DNA of 64,000 nucleotides from Camelus dromedarius (lineage: Eukaryota), in contig NC_087436.1 in NCBI RefSeq assembly GCF_036321535.1, forward strand, positions 2,480,001-2,544,000. The letters run 5' to 3'. Below the pieces are notes generated by a model. It saw only the letters and a list, made by a program, of their open reading frames with translations. It was not told the DNA's origin and did not search any database. The position numbers and the translations under genes were made by a program. This document shows positions 10,741 through 22,700 of this stretch, piece by piece. Each line of letters begins with the position of its first letter. The first letter of the stretch is position 1.

Positions 10741-13700
10741 GTTCCCAACAAGCTAGGTGAAGGACGGCTTTCACACACAATTATCTCTCAGAACTGAGCA
10801 TGGGGAGAGACGTTCGTTCATCTAGCAAAAAAGAACGGGTTGCAGGGGAAACTTTTTCTCTGGCCTCTCAGTCTGTTTCCTAGTGCCGGTTTGAAGTTCC
10901 TGCAGTTTTCACTGTAAAACCGAGTTGGAGCTAGTACCTACCCATATATATGTATGGAGTGGAGTTTGCAACTGAAAAGAAACTTTGTGTTCCCAACAAG
11001 CTAGGTGAAGGACGGCTTTCACACACACTTATCTCTCACAACTGAGCATGTGGAGAGACGTTCGTTCATCTAGCACAAAGGGAACGTGTTGCATTAGAAA
11101 CTTTTACTCTGGTTTCTCAGTATGATTCCTAGTGCCGGTTTGAAGTTCCTGCAGTTTTCAGTGTAAAACCGAGTTGGAGCTAGTACCTCCCCATAAATTT
11201 GTATGGAGTGGAGTTTGCAACTGAAAAGAAACTTTGTGTTCCCAACAAGCTAGGTGAAGGACGGCTTTCACACACACTTATCTCTGAGAACTGGTCATGT
11301 GGAGAGACTTTCGTTCATCTAGCACAAAGAGAACGTGTTGCAGGAGAAAGTTTTACTCTGGTCTCTCAGTCTGTTTCCTAGTGCCGGTTTGAAGTTCCTG
11401 CAGTTTTCACTGTAAAACCGAGTTGGAGCTAGTACCACCCCTTATATATGTATGGAGTGGAGCTTGCAAGTGAAAAGAAACTTTGTGTTCCCAACAAGCT
11501 AGGTGAAGTACGGCTTTCACACACACTTATCTCTCAGAACTGAGCATGTGGAGAGACGTTCGTTCATCTAGCACAAAGGGAACGGGTTGCAGGGGAAACT
11601 TTTACTCTGGTTTCTCAGTCTGTTTCCTAGTGCCGGTTTGAAGTTCCTGCAGTTTTCACTGTAAAACCGAGTTGGATCTAGGGCCTCCCCATATATATGT
11701 ATGGAGTGGAGTTTGCAACTGAAAAGAAACTTTGAGTTCCCAACAAGCTAGGTGAAGGACGGCTTTCACACATACTTATCTCTCAGAACTTAGCATGTGG
11801 AGAGACGTTAGTTCATCTAGCACAAAGAGAACGGGTTGCAGGAGAAACTTTTACTCTGGTTTCTCAGTCTGTTTCCTAGTGCCGGTTTGAAGTTCCTACA
11901 GTTTTCACTGTAAAACCGTGTTGGAGCTAGTACCTCCCTATAAATATGTATGGAGTGGAGTTTGCAACTGAAAAGAAACTTTGTGTTCCCAACAAGCTAG
12001 TTGAAGTACGGCTTTCACACACACTTATCTCTCAGAACTGAGCATGTAGAGAGACGTTTGTTCATCTAGCACAAAGGGAACGGTTTGAAGGTTAAACTTT
12101 TACTCATTTTTCTCACTCTGTTTCCTAGTGCCGGTTTGAAGTTCCTGCAGTTTTCACTGTAAAACCGAGTTGGAGCTAGTACCTCCCCATATATATATAT
12201 GGAGTGGATTTTGCAACTGAAAAGAAAATTTGTGTTCCCAACAAGCTAGGTGAAGTACGGCTTTCACACACACTTATCTCTCACAACTGAGCATGTGGAG
12301 AGACGTTCGTTCATCTAGCACAAAGGGAACGGGTTGCATTAGAAAATTTTACTCTGGTTTCTCATTCTGTTTCCTAGTGCAGGTTTGAAGTTCCTGCAGT
12401 TTTCACTGTAAAAATGAGTTGGAGCTTGTACCTCCCCATAAATATGTATGGAGTGGAGTTTGCAACTGAAAAGAAACTTTGTGTTCCCAACAAGGTAGTT
12501 GAAGGACGGCTTTCAAAAAGACTTATCTCTGAGAACTGAGCATGTGGAGAGACGTTCGTTCATGTAGCACAAAGGGAACGTGTTGCAGGAGAAACTTTTA
12601 CTCTGATTTCTCAGTCTGTTTCCTAGTGCCGGTTTGAAGTTCCTGCAGTTTTCACTGTAAACCCGAGTTGGAGCTAGTACCTCCCTATATATATGTATGG
12701 AGTGGAGTTTGCAACTGAAAAGAAATTTTGTGTTCCCAAAAAGCTAGCTGAAGGACGGCTTTCACACACAATTATCTCTCAGAACTGAGCATGTGGAGAG
12801 ACGTTCGTTCATCTAGCAAAAAGGGAACGGTTTGAAGGTTAAACTTTTACTCATTTTTCTCACTCTGTTTCCTAGTGCCGGTTTGAAGTTCCTGCAGTTT
12901 TCACTGTAAAACCGAGTTGGAGCTAGTACCTCCCCATTTATATATATGGAGTGGATTTTGCAACTGAAAAGAAACTTTGTGTTCCCAACAACCTAGGTGA
13001 AGGACGGCTTTCACACACACTTATCTCTCACAACTGAGCATGTTGAGAGACGTTCGTTCATCTAGCACAAAGGGAACGGGTTGCATTAGAAAATTTTACT
13101 CTGGTTTCTCATTCTCTTTCCTAGTGCAGGTTTGAAGTTCCTGCAGTTTTCACTGTAAAAATGAGTGGGAGCTAGTACCACCCCATAAATATGTATGGAG
13201 TGGAGTTTGCAACTGAAAAGAAACTGTGTGTTCCCAACAAGGTAGTTGAAGGTCGGCTTTCACACAGACTTATCTCTGAGAACTGAGCATGTGGAGAGAC
13301 GTTCGTTCATCTAGCACAAAGGGAACGTGTTGCAGGAGAAACTTTTACTCTGGTTTCTCAGTCTGTTTCCTAGTGCCGGTTTGAAGTTCCTGCAGTTTTC
13401 ACTGTAAAACCGAGTTGGAGCTAGTACCTCCCTATATATATGTATGGAGTGGAGTTTGCAACTGAAAAAAACTTTGTGTTCCCAACAAGCTAGGTGAAGG
13501 ACGGCTTTCACACACAATTATCTCTCAGAACTGAGCATGTGGAGAGACGTTCGTTCATCTAGCACAAATGGAACGGGTTGCATTAGAAAATTTTACTCTG
13601 GTTTCTCATTCTGTTTCCTAGTTCAGGTTTGAAGTTCCTGCAGTTTTCACTGTAAAAATGATTTGGAGCTAGTACCTCCCCATAAATATGTATGGAGTGG

Positions 13701-16700
13701 AGTTAGCAACTGAAAAGAAACTTTGTGTTCCCAACAAGGTAGTTGAAGGACGGCTTTCACACACAATTATCTCTCAGAAATGAGCATGTGGAAAGACGTT
13801 CGTTCATCTAGCACAAAAGGAACGGGTTGCAGGGGAAACTTTTTCTCTGGCCTCTCAGTCTGTTTCCAAGTGCCGGTTTGAATTTCCTGCAGTTTTCACT
13901 GTAAAACCGTGTTGGAGCTAGTACCTCCCCATATGTATGTATGGAGTGGAGTTTGCAACTGAAAAGAAACTATGTGTTCCCAACAACCTAGGTGAAGGAC
14001 GGCTTTCACACACAATTCTCTCTCACAACTGAGCATGTGGAGAGACATTCGTTCATCTAGCACAAAGGGAACGTGTTGCATTAGAAACTTTTACTCTGGT
14101 TTCTCAATATGTTTCCTAGTGCCGGTTTGAAGTTCCTGCAGTTTTCACTGTAAAACCGAGTTGGAGCTAGTACCTCCCCATAAATATGTATGGAGTGGAG
14201 TTTGCAACTGAAAAGAAACTTTGTGTTCCCAACAAGCTAGGTGAAGGACGGCTTTCACACACACTTATCTCTGAGAACTGAGCATGTGGAGAGACGTTCG
14301 TTCATCTAGCACAAAGGGAACGTGTTGCAGGAGAAACTTTTACTCTGGTCTCTCAGTCTGTTTCCTAGTGCCGGTTTGAAGTTCCTGCAGTTTTCACTGT
14401 AAAACAGAGTTGGAGCTAGTACCTCCCCTTATATATGTATGGAGTGGAGTTTTCAACTGAAAAGAAACTTTGTGTTCCCAACAAGCAAGGTGAAGGACGG
14501 CTTTCACACACACTTATCTCTCAGAACTGAGCATGTGGAGAGACGTTCGTTCACCTAGCACAAAGGGAAAGGTTTGCAGGAGAAACTTTTACTCTGTCTT
14601 CTCAGTCTGTTTCCTAGTGCCGGTTTGAAGTTCCTGCAGTTTTCACTGTAAAACAGACTTGGAGCTAGTACCTCCCCTTATATATGTATGGAGTGGAGTA
14701 TGCAACTGAAAAGAAACTTTGTGTTCCCAACAATCTTGGTGAAGGACGGCTTTCACCCACACTTATCTCTCAGAACTGAGCATGTGGAGAGACGTTCGTT
14801 CATCTAGCACAAAGGGAACGGCTTGCAGGAGAAACATTTACTCTGGTTTCTCAGTCTGTTTCCTAGTGCCGGTTTGAAGTTCCTGCAGTTTTCACTGTAA
14901 AACGGAGTTGGAGCTAGGGCCTCCCCATATATATGTATGGATTGGAGTTTGCAACTGAAAAGAACATTGAGTTCCCAACAAGCTAGGTGAAGGACTGCTT
15001 TCACACACACTTATCTCTCAGAACTTAGCATGTGGAGACACGTTCGTTAATCTAGCACAAAGAGAACGGGTTGCAGGAGAAACTTCTACTCTGGTTTCTC
15101 AGTCTGTTTCCTAGTGCCGGTTTGAAGTTCCTGCATTTTTCACTGTAAAACCGAGTTGGAGTTAGTGCCTCCCTATATATATGTATGGAGTGGAGTTTGC
15201 AAATGAAAAGAAACTTTGTGTTCCCAACAAGCTAGGTGAAGGACGGCTTTCACACACAATTATCTCTCAGAACTGAGCATGCGGAGAGACGTTGGTTCAT
15301 CTAGCACAAAAGAACGGGTTGCAGGGGAAACTTTTTCTCTGGCCTCTCAGTCTGTTTCCTAGTGCCGGTTTGAAGTTCCTGCAGTTTTCACTGTAAAACC
15401 GAGTTGGAGCTAGTACTTCCCCGTATATATGTATGGAGTGGAGTTTGCAACTGAAAAGAAACTTTGTGTTCCCAACAAGGTAGTTGAAGGACGGCTTTCA
15501 CACAGACTTATCTCTGAGAACTGAGCATGTGGAGAGACATTCGTTCATCTAGCACAAAGGGAACGTTTTGCAGGCGAAACTTTTACTCTGGTTTCTCAGT
15601 CTGTTTCCTAGTGCCGGTTTGAAGTTCCTGCAGTTTTCACTGTAAAACCGATTTGGAGCTAGTACCTCCCTATATATATGTATGGAGTGGAGTTTGCAAC
15701 TGAAAAGAAACTTTGTGTTCCCAACAAGCTAGGTGAAGTACGGCTTTCACACACAATTATCTCTCAGAACTGAGCATGTGGAGAGACGTTCGTTCATGTA
15801 GCACAAAAGGAACGGGTTGCAGGGGAAACTTTTTCTCTGTCCTCTCAGTCTGTTTCCTAGTGCCGGTTTGAAGTTCCTGCAGTTTTCACTGTAAAACCGA
15901 GTTGGAGCTAGTACCTCCCCATATATATGTATGGAGTGGAGTTTGCAACTGAAAAGAAACTTTGTGTTCCCAACAAGCTAGGTGAAGGAAGGCTTTCACA
16001 CACACTTATCTCTCACAACTGAGCATGTGGAGAGACGTTCGTTCATCTAGCACAAAGGGAACGTGTTGCATTAGAAACTTTTACTCTGGTTTCTCCGTAT
16101 GTTTCCTAGTGCTTGTTTGAAGTTCCTGCATTTTTCACTGTAAAACCGAGTTGGAGCTAGTACCTCCCCATAAATATGTATGGAGTGGAGTTTGCAACTG
16201 AAAAGAAACTTTGTGTTCCCAACAAGCTAGGTGAAGGACTGCTTTCACACACACTTATCTCTGAGAAATGAGCATGTGGAGAGACGTTCGTTCATCTAGC
16301 ACAAAGGGAACGTGTTGCAGGAGAAACTTTTACTCTGGTCTCTCAGTCTGTTTCCTAGTGCCGGTTTGAAGTTCCTGCAGTTTTCACTGTAAAACCGAGT
16401 TGGAGCTAGTACCTCCCCTTATATATGTATGGAGTGGTGTTTGCAACTGAAAAGAAACTTTGTGTTCCCAACAAGCTAGGTGAAGGACGGCTTTCACACA
16501 CACTTATCTCTCAGAACTGAGCATGTGGAGAGACGTTCGTTCACCTAGCACAAAGGGAAAGGTTTGCAGGAGAAACTTTTACTCTGTCTTCTCAGTCTGT
16601 TTCCTAGTGCCGGTTTGAAGTTCCTGCAGTTTTCACTGTAAAACAGAGTTGGAGCTAGTACCTCCCCTTATATATGTATGGAGTGGAGTTTGCAACTGAA

Positions 16701-19700
16701 AAGAAACTTTGTGTTCCCAACAATCTTGGTGAAGGACGGCTTTCACACACACTTATCTCTGAGAACTGAGCATGTGGAAAGACGTTCGTTCATCTAGCAC
16801 AAAGGGAACGGCTTGCAGTAGAAACTTTTACTCTGGTTTCTCATTCTGTTTCCTAGTGCCGGTTTGAAGTTCCTGCAGTTTTCACTGTAAAACCGAGTTG
16901 GAGCTAGTACCTCCCCATATATATGTATGGAGTGGAGTTTGCAACTGAAAAGAAACTTTGTGTTCCCAACAAGCTAGGTGAAGGACGGCTTTCACACACA
17001 CCTATCTCTCACAACTGAGCATGTGGAGAGACGTTCGTTCATCTAGCACAAAGGGAACGTTTTGCATTAGAAACTTTTACTCTGGTTTCTCAGTATGTTT
17101 CCTAGTGCCGGTTTGAAGTTCCTGCAGTTTTCACTGTAAAACCGACTTGGAGCTAGTACCTCCCCATAAATATGTATGGAGTGGAGTTTGCAACTGAAAA
17201 AAAACTTTGTGTTCCCAACAAGCTAGGTGAAGGACGGCTTTCACACACACTTATCTCTGAGAACTGAGCATGTGGAGAGACGTTCGTTCATCTAGCACAA
17301 AGGGAACGTGTTGCAATAGAAACTTTTACTCTGGTCTCTCAGTCTGTTTCCTAGTGCCGGTTTGAAGTTCCTGCAGTTTTCACTGTTAAACAGAGTTGGA
17401 GCTAGTACCTCCCCTTATATATGTATGGAGTGGTGTTTGCAAATGAAAAGAAACTTTGTGTTCCCAACAATGTTGGTGAAGGACGGCTTTCACACACACT
17501 TATCTCTCAGAAATGAGCATGTGGAGAGACGTTCGTTCATCTAGCACAAAGGGAAGGCTTGCAGGAGAAACTTTTACTCTGGTTTCTCAGTCTGTTTCCT
17601 AGTGCCGGTTTGAAGTTCCTGCAGTTTTCACTGTAAAACCGAGTTGGAGCTAGGGCCTCCGCATATATATATATGGATTGGATTTTGCAACTGAAAAGAA
17701 CTTTGAGTTCCCAACAAGTTAGGTGAAGGACGGCTTTCACACACACTTATCTCTCAGAACTTAGCATGTGGAGAGACGTTCGTTCATCTAGCACAAAGGG
17801 AACGTGTTGCATTAGAAACTTTTACTCTGGTTTCTCAGTATGTTTCCTAGTGCCGGTTTGAAGTTCCTGCAGTTTTCACTGTAAAACCGAGTTGGAGCTA
17901 GTACCTCCCCATTAATATGTATGGAGTGGAGTTTGCAACTGAAAAGAAACTTTGTGTTCCCAACAAGCTAGGTGAAGGACGGCTTTCACACACACTTATC
18001 TCTCAGAACTGGGCATGTGGAGAGACGTTCGTTCATCTAGCACAACGAGAACGTGTTGCAGGAGAAACTTTTACTCTGGTCTCTCAGTCTGTTTCCTAGT
18101 GCCGGTTTGAAGTTCCTGCAGTTTTCACTGTAAAACCGAGTTGGAGCTAGTACCTCCCCTTATATATGTATGGAGTGGAGTTTGCAACTGAAAAGAAACT
18201 TTGTGTTCCCAACAAGCTAGGTGAAGGACGGCTTTCACACACACTTAACTCTCAAATCTGAGCATGTGGAGAGACGTTCGTTCATCTAGCACAAAGGGAA
18301 CGGCTTGCAGGAGAAACTTTTACTCTGGTTTCTCAGTCTGTTTCCTAGTGCCGGTTTGAAGTTCCTGCAGTTTTCACTGTAAAACGGAGATGGAGCTAGG
18401 GCCTCCCCATATATATGTATTTAGTGGAGTTTGCAACTGAAAAGAACTTTGAGTTCCCAACAAGCAAGGTGAAGGACGGCTTTCACACACACTTATTTTT
18501 CAGAACTTAGCATGTGGAGAGACGTTAGTTCATCTAGCACAAAGGGAACGGGTTGCATTAGAAAATTTTACTCTGGTTTCTCATTCTGTTTCCTAGTGCA
18601 GGTTTGAAGTTCCTGCAGTTTTCACTGTAAAAATGAGTTGGAGCTAGTACCTCCCCATAAATATGTATGGAGTGGAGTTTGCAACTGAAAAGAAACTTTG
18701 TGTTACCAACAAGTAGTTGAAGGATGGCTTTCACACAGACTTATCTCTGAGAACTTAGCATGTGGAGAGACTTTCGTTCATGTAGCACAAAGGGAACGTG
18801 TTGCAGGAGAAACTTTTACTCTGATTTCTCAGTCTGTTTCCTAGTGCCGGTTTGAAGTTCCTGCAGTTTTCACTGTAAAACCGAGTTGGAGCTAGTACCT
18901 CCCTATATATATGTATGGAGTGGAGTTTGCAACTGAAAAGAAATTTTGTGTTCCCAACAAGCTAGCTGAAGGACGGCTTTCACGCACAATTATCTCTCAG
19001 AACTGAGCATGTGGAGAGACATTCGTTCATCTAGCACAAAAGGAACGGGTTGCAGGGGAAACTTTTTCTCTGGCCTCTCAGTCTTTTTCTTACTGCCGGT
19101 TTGATGTTCCTGCAGTTTTCACTGTAAAACCGAGTTGGAGCTAGTACCTCCCCATATATATGTATGGAGTGGATTTTGCAACTGAAAAGAAACTTTGTGT
19201 TCCAAACAAGCTAGGTGAAGTACGGCTTTCACACACACTTATCTCTCAGAACTGAGCATGTGGAGAGACGTTTGTTCATCTAGCACAAAGGGAACGGTTT
19301 GAAGGTTAAACTTTTACTCATTTTTCTCACTCTGTTTCCTAGTGCCGGTTTGAAGTTCCTGCAGTTTTCACTGTAAAACCGAGTTGGAGCTAGTAACTCC
19401 CCATATATATATATGGAGTGGATTTTGCAACTGAAAAGAAACTTTGTGTTCCCAACAAGCTAGGTGAAGGACGGCTTTCACACACACTTATCTCTCACAA
19501 CTGAGCATGTGGAGAGACGTTCGTTCATCTAGCACAAAGGTAACGGGTTGCATTAGAAAATTTTTCTCTGGATTCTCATTCTGTTTCCTAGTGCAGGTTT
19601 GTAGTTCCTGCAGTTTTCACTGTAGAAATGAGTTGGAGCTAGTACCTCCCCATAAATAAGTATGGAGTGGAGTTTGCAACTGAAAAGAAACTTTGTGTTC

Positions 19701-22700
19701 CCAACAAGATAGTTGAAGTTCGGCTTTCACGCAGACTTATCTCTGAGAACTGAGCATGTGGAGAGACGTTCGTTCATCTAGCACAAAGGGAACGTGTTGC
19801 AGGAGAAACTTTTACTCTGGTTTCTCAGTCTGTTTCCTAGTGCCGGTTTGAAGTTCCTGCAGTTTTCACTGTAAAACCGAGTTGGAGCTAGTACCTCCCT
19901 ATATATATGTATGGAGTGGAGTTTGCAACTGAAAAAAACTTTGTGTTCCCAACAAGCTAGTTGAAGGACGGCTTTCACACACAATTATCTCTCAGAACTG
20001 AGCATGTGGAGAGACGTTCGTTCATCTAGCACAAAGGGAACGGGTTGCATTAGAAAATTTTACTCTGGTTTCTCATTCTGTTTCCTAGTGCAGGTTTGAA
20101 GTTCCTGCAGTTTTCACTGTAAAAATGATTTGGAGCTAGTACCTCCCCATAAATATGTATGGAGTGGAGTTAGCAACTGAAAAGATACTTTGTGTTCCCA
20201 ACAAGGTAGTTGAAGGACGGCTTTCACACAGACTTATCTCTGAGAACTGAGCATGTGGAGAGACGTTCGTTCATCTAGCACAAAGGGAACGTGTTGCAGG
20301 AGAAACTTTTACTCTGGTTTCTCAGTCTGTTTCCTAGTGCCGGTTTGAAGTTCCTGCAGTTTTCACTGTAAAACCGAGTTGGAGCTAGTACCTCCCCATA
20401 TGTATGTATGGAGTGGAGTTTGCAACTGAAAAGAAACTTTGTGTTCCCAACAAGCTAGGTGAAGGACGGCTTTCACACACAATTCTCTCTCACAACTGAG
20501 CATGTGGAGAGACATTCGTTCATCTAGCACAAAGGGAACGTGTTGCATTAGAAACTTTTACTCTGGTTTCTCAATATGTTTCCTAGTGCCGGTTTGAAGT
20601 TCCTGCAGTTTTCACTGTAAAACCGAGTTGGAGCTAGTACCTCCCCATAAATATGTATGGAGTGGAGTTTGCAACTGAAAAGATACTTTGTGTTCCCAAC
20701 AAGCTAGGTGAAGGACGGCTTTCACACACACTTATCTCTGAGAACTGAGCATGTGGAGAGACGTTCGTTCATCTAGCACAAAGGGAACGTGTTGCAGGAG
20801 AAACTTTTACTCTGGTCTCTCAGTCTGTTTCCTAGTGCCGGTTTGAAGTTCCTGCAGTTTTCACTGTAAAACCGAGTTGGAGCTAGTACCTCCCCTTATA
20901 TATGTATGGAGTGGAGTTTTCAACTGAAAAGAAACTTTGTGTTCCCAACAAGCTAGGTGAAGGACGGCTTTCACACACACTTATCTCTCAGAACTGAGCA
21001 TGTGGAGAGACGTTCGTTCACCTAGCACAAAGGGAAAGGTTTGCAGGAGAAACTTTTACTCTGTCTTCTCAGTCTGTTTCCTAGTGCCGGTTTGAAGTTC
21101 CTGCAGTTTTCACTGTAAAACAGATTTGGAGCTAGTACCTCCCCTTATATATGTATGGAGTGGAGTATGCAACTGAAAAGAAACTTTGTGTTCCCAACAA
21201 TCTTGGTGAAGGACGGCTTTCACACACACTTATCTCTCAGAACTGAGCATGTGGAGAGACGTTCGTTCATCTAGCACAAAGGGAACGGCTTGCAGGAGAA
21301 ACTTTTACTCTGGTTTCTCAGTCTGTTTCCTAGTGCCGGTTTGAAGTTCCTGCAGTTTTCACTGTAAAACGGAGTTGGAGCTAGGGCCTCCCCATATATA
21401 TGTATGGATTGGAGTTTGCAACTGAAAAGAACATTGAGTTCCCAACAAGCTAGGTGAAGGACGGCTTTCACACACACTTATCTCTCAGAACTTAGCATGT
21501 GGAGACACGTTCGTTAATCTAGCACAAAGAGAACGGGTTGCAGGAGAAACTTCTACTCTGGTTTCTCAGTCTGTTTCCTAGTGCCGGTTTGAAGTTCCTG
21601 CATTTTTCACTGTAAAACCGAGTTGGAGTTAGTGCCTCCCTATATATATGTATGGAGTGGAGTTTGCAAATGAAAAGAAACTTTGTGTTCCCAACAAGCT
21701 AGGTGAAGGACGGCTTTCACACACAATTATCTCTCAGAACTGAGCATGTGGAGGGACGTTCGTTCATCTAGCACAAAAGGAATGGGTTGCAGGGGAAACT
21801 TTTTCTCTGGACTCTCAGTCTGTTTCCTAGTGCCGGTTTGAAGTTCCTGCAGTTTTCACTGTAAAACCGAGTTGGAGCTAGTACCTCCCCGTATATATAT
21901 ATGGAGTGGATTTTGCAACTGAAAAGAAACTTTGTGTTCCCAACAAGCTAGGTGAAGGACGGCTTCACACACACTTATCTCTCACAACTGAGCATGTGGA
22001 GAGACGTTCGTTCATCTAGCACAAAGGGAACGGGTTGCATTAGAAAATTTTACTCTGGTTTCTCATTCTGTTTCCTAGTGCAGGTTTGAAGTTCCCCCAT
22101 TTTTCACTGTAAAAATGAGTTGGAGCTAGTACTTCCCCATAAATATGTATGGAGTGGAGTTTGCAACTGAAAAGAAACTTTGTGTTCCCAACAAGATAGT
22201 TGAAGGACGGCTTTCACACAGACTTATCTCTGAGAACTGAGCATGTGGAGAGACGTTCGTTCATCTAGCACAAAGGGAACGTGTTGCAGGAGAAACTTTT
22301 ACTCTGGTTTCTCAGTCTGTTTCCTAGTGCCGGTTTGAAGTTCCTGCAGTTTTCACTGTAAAACCGATTTGGAGCTAGTACCTCCCTATATATATGTATG
22401 GAGTGGAGTTTGCAACTGAAAAGAAACTTTGTGTTCCCAACAAGCTAGGTGAAGTACGGCTTTCACACACAATTATCTCTCAGAACTGAGCATGTGGAGA
22501 GACGTTCGTTCATGTAGCACAAAAGGAACGGGTTGCAGGGGAAACTTTTTCTCTGTCCTCTCAGTCTTTTTCCTAGTGCCGGTTTGAAGTTCCTGCAGTT
22601 TTCACTGTAAAACCGAGTTGGAGCTAGTACCTCCCCATTTATATGTATGGAGTGGAGTTTGCAACTGAAAAGAAACTTTGTGTTCCCAACAAGCTAGGTG

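Noticed and set aside
19719..19733. CENP-B-box-like TTCGGCTTTCACGCA (also at 23451 and 41111)
   Set aside because: It matches only 6 of the 9 essential positions of TTCGnnnnAnnCGGG and occurs in only three related monomers.
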